20,000 nt of DNA, taken from the IMG/VR virus record IMGVR_UViG_3300020037_001477, one strand, 5' to 3'. This DNA comes from an uncultured virus (IMG/VR IMGVR_UViG_3300020037_001477). Taxonomy: Duplodnaviria; Heunggongvirae; Uroviricota; Caudoviricetes. Under the pieces are notes generated by a model. That model saw nothing but the letters and a program-made list of their open reading frames with translations, searched no databases and had not been told where the DNA came from. A program made the translations under genes and the position numbers. Below, piece by piece: positions 7,844-15,819 of the stretch; positions within the stretch are counted from its first letter, which is position 1; each line of letters starts with the position of its first letter.

Positions 7844-9663
7844 GGTGTATCTCCCTGAAGCTGTGCTTTCGCGAGCGCGAGTTCGTCGGCGATGATGCCG
7901 ACCATGTTCTGTGTCTCCGCGCCGGGGTTGAGGACGGCGAGCGCGACGGCGTTCTTCTGCTGAAGACGAGACGCGAGACGCTCTTCGATGGTCGAGCCGC
8001 ACACCACGTAGGTGTAGGTGCAAGGCTTCGTCTGCCCTCGGCGATGGATACGATCTTCCATCTGATCCATCTTGTGCGGGCTCCAGTCGAGTTCGACCAC
8101 GAGCATGTTCGACGACGCCGTGAACTCGTAGCTCTCGCCCCCCGTGTCGATGGTGGTGAAGAGCACGCGGTAGACGCCGGCCTGGAACTCCTGGATCAGC
8201 TTGTCTCGCTTCGCCATCGGCGTGTCACCGTGGATCACAGCGACGGCGACCGTATCCTCGGGCTGCTGCACGGCCTTCTGGTCTACCGGGTTGTCATCGT
8301 CGGTGTCGTCGCCGATAGCTGCGGCCAGATCGTCAGCTACCCACTTGTGCTTGGTGAAGACGACGAGCGGCTCGTTGCGGTCGGTGCTCTCGATGTAGTC
8401 CTTGATCCACGCGACGGTCGCCGACATCTTGGCCTTCGCCGTGATCTGCATCAGCGCGTTCATCTTCGGCAGGATCGTAAGCGTGTTCATCGGATTGCCG
8501 GTGGCCATGCTCGTCCAGTGATCGACGATCTCGTCTTCGACCTCCTGGTACTCGGCAGCCTGCTCCGCATCCATAGGCACGATCATCGTCTCGTAGGACT
8601 TGGCCGGCAGGAACTTCAGCACGTCGCTCTTCAAGCGGCGGAAGACGTAAGGCGCGATCTCGGCGCTCAACTTCGACAAGTTACTCGCGCCGCTGAAGTC
8701 GTAGCCGAAGCCGTTGTACTTCATGTCGCAATACTGCCGGGCGTAGCGAATGAAGTTGCCCCACTTGGTGGCGTCGATCATGTTGAGGATCGGCCACAGC
8801 GACGCAGGCCGTCCGATCAGCGGCGTGCCGGACATGGGCATGAAGTATTTGCAGCGCAGAGAGAGCCAGCGCAGCGCCTTCGTGCGGCGCGCATTCTGGT
8901 TCTTGGCGCGGTGGCACTCGTCGGCGAAGAGCGTCACGAAGGGGAAGTCCTTGCCGGCCTTGTCGGCCAGCTTGTAGGCGGAGGCCCAGCCGACCAGCAA
9001 CACGCCGTTGGTCGAGGCGACCCAATCGCGCGGGCCGAACTGGTCGATGCCGTAGAGGTAGACCGGACGATCCGGGTTCACCTTTTTCCAGTCGCGGCGG
9101 AACTTCAGCAGCATGCCCTCGGGCAGCACGCCGATGGCGCGTTCGTTAGGCGCGGTGTTCTCGGTGAAGAAGATCGCGGCGTAGGTCTTGCCGAGCCCTC
9201 GGTCCCAGGCGAGAAGCCCGCGTCCGCCATTGGCCAGGAGTTGAGACAGGTCATCGACCTGATAAGGATCGAGAGACACGTCCGGCGTCTGGGTCAGGGT
9301 GAGAGACAGCCGGGTCTTGGGGGCGACCTGCACACCGTGGTCGGCCTGGGCGTCTGCGATCCTGGCCTGGGTTATGTCGTCGACATCGACACGCATCGCC
9401 GACGTCTGCCCTACCTGGATCAAGCGCAGCAGGCACGCGACCTGCGCCGCTTCGAGCGACGGGTCGCCGGACCACACGAACCACCAGCACTTGTTGTCGG
9501 GGTTCCAGCGTGCGCTAGGGATGGACCGGAGTACGTCCAGCAGCGCCGGACTGTACGGCGTGCGAACCTCGCAAACCGGCGGCGTGCTCTTGGTGGTGGA
9601 GATGGAGAAGCCCGAAGGGCGTGCTGCGTTGAACGCGGCGGACAGGGGGGACGGGGCTGGCAT
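7840..9663 (-). CDS. SNF2-family (SMARCAL1/HARP-like) helicase/translocase
   Basis: Motif I DRGLGKT, motif II DECH, motif III SGTP, motif VI QMEDRIHRRGQ. N-terminal 'PYSPALLDVLRSIPSARWNPDNKCWWF' resembles a HARP domain. Confidence 0.9.
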   Translation of the reverse strand: MPAPSPLSAAFNAARPSGFSISTTKSTPPVCEVRTPYSPALLDVLRSIPSARWNPDNKCWWFVWSGDPSLEAAQVACLLRLIQVGQTSAMRVDVDDITQARIADAQADHGVQVAPKTRLSLTLTQTPDVSLDPYQVDDLSQLLANGGRGLLAWDRGLGKTYAAIFFTENTAPNERAIGVLPEGMLLKFRRDWKKVNPDRPVYLYGIDQFGPRDWVASTNGVLLVGWASAYKLADKAGKDFPFVTLFADECHRAKNQNARRTKALRWLSLRCKYFMPMSGTPLIGRPASLWPILNMIDATKWGNFIRYARQYCDMKYNGFGYDFSGASNLSKLSAEIAPYVFRRLKSDVLKFLPAKSYETMIVPMDAEQAAEYQEVEDEIVDHWTSMATGNPMNTLTILPKMNALMQITAKAKMSATVAWIKDYIESTDRNEPLVVFTKHKWVADDLAAAIGDDTDDDNPVDQKAVQQPEDTVAVAVIHGDTPMAKRDKLIQEFQAGVYRVLFTTIDTGGESYEFTASSNMLVVELDWSPHKMDQMEDRIHRRGQTKPCTYTYVVCGSTIEERLASRLQQKNAVALAVLNPGAETQNMVGIIADELALAKAQLQGDTP

Positions 9664-9700
9664 GGTCTAGTTCCTGTTTACCTGTTTGATCGCGGGCAGG

Positions 9701-9729
9701 ACTTTATTCCCCCTGTCGATCTCGGTCAA
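9701..9729 (-). promoter_or_regulatory. Sigma70-type promoter for the leftward replication operon
   Basis: Minus strand TTGACC (9729-9724), 17-nt spacer, TAAAGT (9706-9701), ending 38 nt upstream of the helicase ATG. Confidence 0.7.
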
Positions 9730-9730
9730 G

Positions 9731-9760
9731 AAAAAACCCCCGGCTTTGTGGGCCGGGGGT
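9731..9760 (-). terminator. Intrinsic terminator (minus strand)
   Basis: ACCCCCGGC-CCACAAA-GCCGGGGGT followed by TTTTTCTT: a 9-bp GC-rich stem plus U-tract. Confidence 0.8.
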
Positions 9761-9789
9761 GAGTGGGAGGAAACCCTCCTGAACTAGAC
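9731..9789 (-). ncRNA. Candidate ~59-nt small RNA (or attenuated leader)
   Basis: Bounded by a near-consensus promoter (9824-9796) and an intrinsic terminator (9760-9731). No AUG-initiated ORF inside. Internal GGAGG/CCUCC hairpin. Confidence 0.55.
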
Positions 9790-9795
9790 GCTGGC

Positions 9796-9824
9796 ATTGT
9801 ATTCCAGGCTGTTGCTTTCAGCAA
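9796..9824 (-). promoter_or_regulatory. Sigma70-type promoter driving the candidate sRNA
   Basis: Minus strand TTGCTG (9824-9819), 17-nt spacer, TACAAT (9801-9796). Predicted +1 is G at 9789, preceded by C. Confidence 0.65.
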
Positions 9825-9838
9825 GCCTCTGGTATCCT
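9812..9838 (+). promoter_or_regulatory. Possible rightward promoter for the primase
   Basis: Extended -10 TGgTATCCT (9830-9838) with TTGCTT at 9812-9817 (short 15-nt spacer). An alternative -10, TATGAT, lies at 9859-9864. Confidence 0.4.
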
Positions 9839-9891
9839 GGCCGGCTCATAGATCGCCCTATGATGGGGTGGTCGCGCCATGCGGGGAAACC

Positions 9892-12636
9892 ATGACGTTC
9901 CAACTAGACCAGAAGGCGGTCGTCGCCTTTCTGCGCACGATCACACCGCCGAACAAGGCGGGCTCTCTCGCCATCATCTCGCGCCCGACCGACGCCAACC
10001 TGAAGATCGCAGAGGATGCGCTAGCTGCGGGGGAGAAACGCGGCGGGTTCATCTACAAAGAGACCACGCGGCAGTTTGCCGGCAACGATCCGAACGGTCT
10101 CACCAATCTGATCACGCTGCTCAACGAGCGCAACGGCATCGCGCACATCTCAGCGCGCATGGGCCGCATCAAGATCGGATCGCCGACAGCGAAGCTCGAC
10201 AATATCGAGCAGGTCGGTGCGCTCTGGATCGACATCGACGCCAAGAAAATGGCACCGACGTTCTACCCCGATCCTGACACAGCGGTGCAGTGCGCGGTCG
10301 ACGCGCTGCTGGAGTTCGAGTTGCCGCCAACGATGATCGTCTTCACTGGTGGCGGCGTGCATGCCTATTGGAAGCTGAGCCAGGGTGCAGGCCCGGCGGC
10401 GCTATCCGTGATCGAGACGTGCAACCGCGCGCTGGTGAACCTGTTCACCGCTGACGACACGCCTGCGATCATGAAGGCGAACGCGGCGATGCGTATCCCT
10501 GGCACGATCAACTGCAAGTACGGGATCGTGACGGAGATCGTGCATCACGACGAGACCGCGATCTACGATCTAGGCGACACGGCGAACTTCCTAGCTCAGC
10601 CGCGTGACGCGCTCGCCTTCGGCCCTGGTCTCATGACGCTGAAGGACACGCTTGATCGGTTGTCCGGCAAGCAACTCACGCCGGCCGCGCTATACCAGCG
10701 CGCGGCTGCGCAGGTCGGGGCGCGCGGCGGCAAGACCGATGAAGAGTGGGAAGAGATCATCGGTCGCATCGCTCTGCCTGGGCACCGCAACAGCGCATGG
10801 GCAACGGTGTGCGGCAAGCTGGCGCAGGAAGGCTTGTCTCCTGACCAGATGGTTGGCTGGTACGCGCAGGAGTACGAGCAGCAGGCGAAGGCCTACCCCG
10901 GCACGCGCGAGCCGCTGCCTCCGATGGAAGTAGTCGCGACAGCGGATAGCGTGTGGAAGAGCCACCAGTCTTCGCGGCGGGAGACCGACGCTCGCCACCC
11001 TACACAGGCCCCCGCGTCCGCATCGGATGCAGGGGCGGAAGAACCGGAGCCGGAAGCAGAGACAATAGCGCTGGACCCTGTGTCGACATCCAATCCGTTT
11101 GGCAGCGCGTCCGTCTCAACGCGAGCGCGCGTCGAGGACATCGAGAAGAACGTCAAGAAGGCGCAGCGAAAGCAGCACATCCTGCGGGCGTTCGTTGATG
11201 GCGTCGTGTCGTTCTTCGATCCTGGCCGCAACGGCAGGCTGATCGAGAGCGAAGAACTCTTCTGGGTTTGCGATCTGACATCCAACGTCTGGTCGTCGAA
11301 GACCCACGACGCCATGGCGCGCGTCATCAACGACTTCATCACCTACGGCGTTGGTGCCGTCGCCAGCGCGGCGGTGGTCAACGAGGTCAGGTTGATGCTG
11401 AAGAACAAGACGCACCAGACCGTGGTGCCGTGGAACAGTGGCGCGGGCAAGCATGCGGTGGTGTTCTCGAACAACATCGTGATCGACCTGAACACGATGA
11501 ACGAGTTGACGCTGACCCCCGATATGTACGTGCAGGATCGTCACAAGATGGCGTGGCCGTGGGAGCCCGGCGCGCAGTGCCCGTTGTGGAATAAGGCGCT
11601 CGCCGACACCTTCGCGCACATCCCTGCTGCTGATCAGCCCGGCGTGCTCGACACGATTGAAGAGTGGATGGGGACGATCCTGATTGGCAGGCACAAGCCG
11701 CGCGAGATTGCCAAGGCCATGGTGTTCTTCGGTCCTGAGTTGACCGGCAAGTCCACGGTGATCGACGTGTGTCGGCGAATGTTGGGAGACAGCAAAAGCT
11801 CGTCGCTCAAGCCCAGCGATCTAGGCGGCGACCATAGTCTCAGCGAGCTAGCTCAATCCATCGCTTGGCTGGTCGACGAAATCCCCTCCGCCGGCAAGCT
11901 CGAAGACAACATCTTCAAGCAACTCGTCACCAACGAACCGGTGCAGATCAACCCGAAGTACGTCGCCGCCTACACGAAGCGCCTGGACTTGACCATCGGG
12001 TTCGCCGGCAACAACCTCCCGATCATCACCGACCCGACGATGGCCACGCTGAGCCGCATCATCTGGGTGCCGTGCCTAACGCAGTTCTTCCCGAACAACC
12101 CAAACACGAACCCAACCCTGATCGACGATCTGGAGAAGGAAGCCGCTGGCATCGTGCAGCAGGTGGCCTGGGCAGCGAACCGCGTGCTGCTGCGCGGCCG
12201 GTTCGATCTGCCGCCTGTGTTGATGCAGGAACAGGAGAAGATCAAGGTTGTCTCCAACCCGATGCACGACTACCTGAAGCAGGCGATCAGGCCGAACCCG
12301 AAGGTCTCGATCAAGGTGCGCGATCTCCTGGCTGGCTACCTTGGGTACCGCGCCATGATCCGGGGCACTGTCTCTAAGAAGCTGATCCACGAGCGAGACA
12401 CGACGACCGATGTCCTCGGGCGTGTGCTGAGCACCATGGTCCCGTCAGCGATCTCCAGCCAGAGCGGGGGGCAAGGCGTGTGGATCGGGGTGGAGTGGAG
12501 CGACAACGGTCTCGGGTGGGTGCTGCATGGGGACGGGATGTTCGATCACCCGACCTATGGAAGCTCTCCGCAAGCTGCGAAGAGCGCCAACATGGCAGCA
12601 CCCCCCGGCACCGTCCTGCCTTTCGCGAGGCCTTAG
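9892..12636 (+). CDS. Primase-helicase fusion: RepB-type AEP primase, PriCT-like domain, D5/P4-type SF3 helicase
   Basis: AEP motifs 'WIDID', 'TGGGVHAYW' and 'MRIPGTIN'; 'GHRNSAW...GKL' is PriCT-like; SF3 motifs 'GPELTGKS', 'LVDE' and 'AGNN'. ATG at 9892 follows GGGGAA, so the ORF-track start at 9763 is rejected. Confidence 0.9.
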   Translation: MTFQLDQKAVVAFLRTITPPNKAGSLAIISRPTDANLKIAEDALAAGEKRGGFIYKETTRQFAGNDPNGLTNLITLLNERNGIAHISARMGRIKIGSPTAKLDNIEQVGALWIDIDAKKMAPTFYPDPDTAVQCAVDALLEFELPPTMIVFTGGGVHAYWKLSQGAGPAALSVIETCNRALVNLFTADDTPAIMKANAAMRIPGTINCKYGIVTEIVHHDETAIYDLGDTANFLAQPRDALAFGPGLMTLKDTLDRLSGKQLTPAALYQRAAAQVGARGGKTDEEWEEIIGRIALPGHRNSAWATVCGKLAQEGLSPDQMVGWYAQEYEQQAKAYPGTREPLPPMEVVATADSVWKSHQSSRRETDARHPTQAPASASDAGAEEPEPEAETIALDPVSTSNPFGSASVSTRARVEDIEKNVKKAQRKQHILRAFVDGVVSFFDPGRNGRLIESEELFWVCDLTSNVWSSKTHDAMARVINDFITYGVGAVASAAVVNEVRLMLKNKTHQTVVPWNSGAGKHAVVFSNNIVIDLNTMNELTLTPDMYVQDRHKMAWPWEPGAQCPLWNKALADTFAHIPAADQPGVLDTIEEWMGTILIGRHKPREIAKAMVFFGPELTGKSTVIDVCRRMLGDSKSSSLKPSDLGGDHSLSELAQSIAWLVDEIPSAGKLEDNIFKQLVTNEPVQINPKYVAAYTKRLDLTIGFAGNNLPIITDPTMATLSRIIWVPCLTQFFPNNPNTNPTLIDDLEKEAAGIVQQVAWAANRVLLRGRFDLPPVLMQEQEKIKVVSNPMHDYLKQAIRPNPKVSIKVRDLLAGYLGYRAMIRGTVSKKLIHERDTTTDVLGRVLSTMVPSAISSQSGGQGVWIGVEWSDNGLGWVLHGDGMFDHPTYGSSPQAAKSANMAAPPGTVLPFARP

Positions 12637-12902
12637 ATCATCAGGCTCTTCGGCGGGGTGTAGTCGTCAGCGCCCCGCCGCTTGGCCATGAAGGATCGCG
12701 GGAGTTTCTTCCCGTAGACCTTCTCCAGATAGGCAGTCATGACCAGCGCGCTAAACACGCCGACCGGCATGTTCGCACGCTTGGCCTGGGCCGTGAGATG
12801 CGCCGCCGTCTTCAACGGCATCCGCATCATGATCGGGCGTGCAGCCCCGGCCACCAAGTTCTGCACGCCATCCTTCGTGTTGTTTCGCTTCAGCTTCGGC
12901 AC
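12633..12902 (-). CDS. Ribbon-helix-helix (Arc/CopG-like) DNA-binding protein
   Basis: AAGGAG SD with GTG start. 'PIMMRMPLKTAAHLTAQAKRANMPVGVFSALVMTAYL' fits the strand-helix-helix pattern. Confidence 0.6.
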   Translation of the reverse strand: MPKLKRNNTKDGVQNLVAGAARPIMMRMPLKTAAHLTAQAKRANMPVGVFSALVMTAYLEKVYGKKLPRSFMAKRRGADDYTPPKSLMI

Positions 12903-12905
12903 GGT

Positions 12906-13649
12906 CTACTCCTTCTTCTCCTGGTTGGTGGGGGCCTGCTGCATGCCGGGCATCGTCGTGAACCCGGCCGGCGCAACGCCCGCCGACAGCCCTTGCAGAT
13001 AGCGGCGGGTGTCGGTGTACAGGCGAGTGCTGGGCGTGTTGGCGAGCTTCTCCAGCGCCTTCCGCCGCAGCCAGTTGGCTTGGTTGGGGTCGAGCATGCG
13101 GAAGGTCTGCACGTTCGCCATCGACTGCGACAGCAGATCGTTGAAGCGGAACATCTTGATGGGCTCGTCCATCGGGATGTTGTGCCAGATGCGCAGCAGC
13201 GTGAAGCCGATCATCTGGCGCTGGAACTCGTCGGCCCGTCCCTGGTCCGACATATCGAGCAGCTTGCCGGCGAGCGCGGAGAACACCGCGACCGCATGGA
13301 TGAAGCTGCCGTAGCTGTGCTGATACTTCGACGTGAGGTCGGTGAACAGCAGCAGCGCGCCGGCAAGATCGTTGATCGACGAGGCGCGCCGGTACCACTC
13401 GTCGATGATCATCGCGTCATCATCGGGCACGATGATCTGGCCCTTGTCGTTCTTCTGGAAGGGCGTGATCTTCTCCGCCATGTTGACGGGCTCGGTCTGG
13501 CGCGGCTGCTCAACCAGCGTGGCAACCGGAGCCACGACAGGCGGGGGCGGCGCGTCAGCAGGAGCTTCCGTGAGCTTCACGCGGGTAGCCCGCCGCCGGT
13601 TCAGCGCCTTGCTGACTTCGTTGGGGGACGGGGTCTTACGAGAGGCCAT
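12906..13649 (-). CDS. Hypothetical protein (247 aa)
   Basis: GGAG SD with ATG, strong codon bias, tight packing with neighbours. Confidence 0.75.
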   Translation of the reverse strand: MASRKTPSPNEVSKALNRRRATRVKLTEAPADAPPPPVVAPVATLVEQPRQTEPVNMAEKITPFQKNDKGQIIVPDDDAMIIDEWYRRASSINDLAGALLLFTDLTSKYQHSYGSFIHAVAVFSALAGKLLDMSDQGRADEFQRQMIGFTLLRIWHNIPMDEPIKMFRFNDLLSQSMANVQTFRMLDPNQANWLRRKALEKLANTPSTRLYTDTRRYLQGLSAGVAPAGFTTMPGMQQAPTNQEKKE

Positions 13650-14310
13650 GTGTTATCTCCATGAGTTCGGGAGGGATGTTGAGGTTGTCTCTGTCGAGAC
13701 CGAAGTCCTCGATCAAGAGACCTGTCTCCAGGACGTGGGCTCGCCATGCCTTGGTGGCGCTCTTTCCTTTCAGCGTTGTTGGATCGACGAAGAGCCTGCG
13801 TGGGTCTTTGCCGTTCCGCTTGCAGTAACGCTTGATGCTCTTCACCAAGCGCATGGTGTCGACGACCTGGGTTGTCTCACCATCCACGTTGACGGTGGTG
13901 TAGAGCCCCAGAAGCTCGGCGATGCGGTACCATGACAGCGCGTGCTCGACGCGCAGAACGATGGCCAGTCGACAGCGCGCCTCATACAGATCACGCCGGG
14001 CGTTGGATTTGATCTCCTGCTCTTCTGCCGGCGTGCTCAGCAGATCGAGGCGTCCAGCGTTGCGCACGATCTGGTAGACGCGCTGGCGCGAGATGCCGTG
14101 GCGCAGGCCGACATCAGCGAGAACGCTCGACTTCGAGTTCCCGTTGGCGACAGCGATCTGCTGTGCTGCTTCGACGTCGAGGATGATCTGCTTGTTGCGC
14201 TCGGGCTTGGCGTACATGGCGACGCCACGCTGGCCGCGCACCTTCTTAGTGAGCAGTGTCTCGATGCGCTCAGCTAGGCGCTCAGCGTCGGTTCTGGAGA
14301 GTTTGCGCAC
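13636..14310 (-). CDS. Putative transcriptional regulator with two HTH motifs (one sigma70 region 4-like)
   Basis: 'LADVGLRHGISRQRVYQIV' and 'LSWYRIAELLGL'. GTG at 14310 has GGAG upstream, but the start is uncertain. Confidence 0.65.
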   Translation of the reverse strand: MRKLSRTDAERLAERIETLLTKKVRGQRGVAMYAKPERNKQIILDVEAAQQIAVANGNSKSSVLADVGLRHGISRQRVYQIVRNAGRLDLLSTPAEEQEIKSNARRDLYEARCRLAIVLRVEHALSWYRIAELLGLYTTVNVDGETTQVVDTMRLVKSIKRYCKRNGKDPRRLFVDPTTLKGKSATKAWRAHVLETGLLIEDFGLDRDNLNIPPELMEITHGLS

Positions 14311-14593
14311 TGAGAAACTCCGCCCATAGCTCGTGCAGATGGGCAATCTTGAACATATCGGTGAGACGGCTGTTGATCCTGGCCTCGCGTAAATCCTTGG
14401 CCACGACCACGGGTGTCTCGCCGTGGGCCTGTTCCTTGGAGACGAGGATGAACTCGCCGTCTATCGGTGTGGTGTCGTCCGTGTAGGCGGCGAGGCCCTC
14501 ACATATCCTGGTCGCGAGGTCTTCGTTGTTGAGACGGATGTCGCCTCGATGCTCGTCCAGGAGCAACTCCAGTCGCTTTGTGCTGATCCGCAT
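14282..14593 (-). CDS. Hypothetical protein (103 aa)
   Basis: GGAG SD; ATG lies 3 nt after the upstream stop. Confidence 0.65.
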   Translation of the reverse strand: MRISTKRLELLLDEHRGDIRLNNEDLATRICEGLAAYTDDTTPIDGEFILVSKEQAHGETPVVVAKDLREARINSRLTDMFKIAHLHELWAEFLSAQTLQNRR

Positions 14594-14596
14594 GGC

Positions 14597-15118
14597 TCAA
14601 GCTCTCCCTTGATCTTGTGAGTACGCATGCGCCGGCCGTTCAACCTCCATCGCTTGCGTCTTGTCGAACTCCCTGAACCTGTGCATCAGGATCGCGGTGG
14701 GCGTATCCACATGCGCAAGCCAGTGGTTGGGATCGACGGCGCTGCCTGGGCGCTTGCTGGCGCTCACCTTGGCCTCTTCGATCTTGCCGTCCAGAACGAC
14801 ACGCGCAGCGACCGCTATCAGTCCTAGCTCGGCGATGAAGTTGGAAAGCTGAAGAGCCTTGCGCGGCACCGTGTTCGGGTCCATCGACACATCCTCGGCG
14901 TTGGCCGTGCGGTAAATCTCGATGTAGGTCATCTTCGCCAGCATGAACTTGTGTGTCTCGGCGATGATCAACTGCACGAGCGCCTTACACAGGCCAGCGG
15001 TAGGACCGTCTTCGAGTTTCTCGTAGTCGATTCCAGCATAATCCATCGCGCGTTTGCAGATCGTCAGCATCTCGGTGGCCTGGAGCATCGGGTCAGGCAT
15101 CTTGATCGTGTCGTCCAT
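14597..15118 (-). CDS. Hypothetical protein (173 aa)
   Basis: ATG at 15118 overlaps the upstream TGA (TGATG), with GGGGG upstream. Confidence 0.7.
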   Translation of the reverse strand: MDDTIKMPDPMLQATEMLTICKRAMDYAGIDYEKLEDGPTAGLCKALVQLIIAETHKFMLAKMTYIEIYRTANAEDVSMDPNTVPRKALQLSNFIAELGLIAVAARVVLDGKIEEAKVSASKRPGSAVDPNHWLAHVDTPTAILMHRFREFDKTQAMEVERPAHAYSQDQGRA

Positions 15119-15288
15119 CAGAACCCCCAGCGGTGCATGTAGGTAAGCATGAGCCACGAGAACATGGCGACAAGATGCGCGAACCAGACGCGACGCCATA
15201 ACAGGGTGTCTTCGTCCCACGCCTTCTGCGTCTCATGCATGCGCAGCCACACGGCTTCGCGCATGGCCTGAAGCTGGTCTGGGTTCAT
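15118..15288 (-). CDS. Small Trp-rich probable membrane protein (56 aa; not in the ORF track)
   Basis: MNPDQLQAMREAVWLRMHETQKAWDEDTLLWRRVWFAHLVAMFSWLMLTYMHRWGF*. ATGA overlap at the start and TGATG overlap at the end. Confidence 0.65.
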   Translation of the reverse strand: MNPDQLQAMREAVWLRMHETQKAWDEDTLLWRRVWFAHLVAMFSWLMLTYMHRWGF

Positions 15289-15413
15289 CGCACGACGATC
15301 TTGATCGCCTGCACCATCAGGTCTGGAACCGACAGGCAGAGCAGCACGATGGCCACGAAGATCAAACCGGGGATCAGATCACCGGCAACGTGCAAGACAG
15401 CGCGCTTACTCAT
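15285..15413 (-). CDS. Small membrane protein (42 aa; not in the ORF track)
   Basis: MSKRAVLHVAGDLIPGLIFVAIVLLCLSVPDLMVQAIKIVVR*. ATGA overlaps at both ends and GAGG upstream. Confidence 0.65.
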   Translation of the reverse strand: MSKRAVLHVAGDLIPGLIFVAIVLLCLSVPDLMVQAIKIVVR

Positions 15414-15811
15414 TTGATGGTCCTCGGCTTAGGTTTCGGGGAAGGGATCATAACAGGGTTCAGCACGCGTGCCAACCGTTCGTAGGCCTGAAGAAACTCC
15501 TGGAGGAATTTCCCAGACACAGCGCCAACCCTCGGCCCAACGCTGCTTGGATAGGAGGCGTTCGGGTTGATCCGCATCGGGTCGTCCTGCCCAGAGACAG
15601 CAGCCGTTATGGTCTTGGCGTGCTCACCGATCTCAGCAACCAGTGCGTAGGCACGCTTGAGTTTCTCCAGGATACCGTCGCTCTCGTATTGGCGGATGTG
15701 CTGGCTCTGGTCTATGGCATCTCGCAGAGAAATGGTGATCGTGTCGGTGCCGTCGACCCCGCGATCCACTCCCACTTCAACGACATCTTGCTCTGACTTC
15801 TCGACCGACAT
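15410..15811 (-). CDS. Hypothetical protein (133 aa)
   Basis: GAGG SD and ATG at 15811, just after the upstream stop. Confidence 0.65.
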   Translation of the reverse strand: MSVEKSEQDVVEVGVDRGVDGTDTITISLRDAIDQSQHIRQYESDGILEKLKRAYALVAEIGEHAKTITAAVSGQDDPMRINPNASYPSSVGPRVGAVSGKFLQEFLQAYERLARVLNPVMIPSPKPKPRTIK

Positions 15812-15819
15812 GGCAAACC

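Noticed and set aside
8044..9762. 572-aa plus-strand ORF (and similar long ORFs at 4490-5578, 5205-6479, 6494-7777, 12480-13664)
   Set aside because: These are antisense shadows of real GC-rich genes, with Arg/Gly/His-rich composition, no motifs and no convincing SD.
9763..9891. 43-aa N-terminal extension of the primase given by the ORF track
   Set aside because: It overlaps the promoter and candidate sRNA elements, and ATG 9892 has its own SD.
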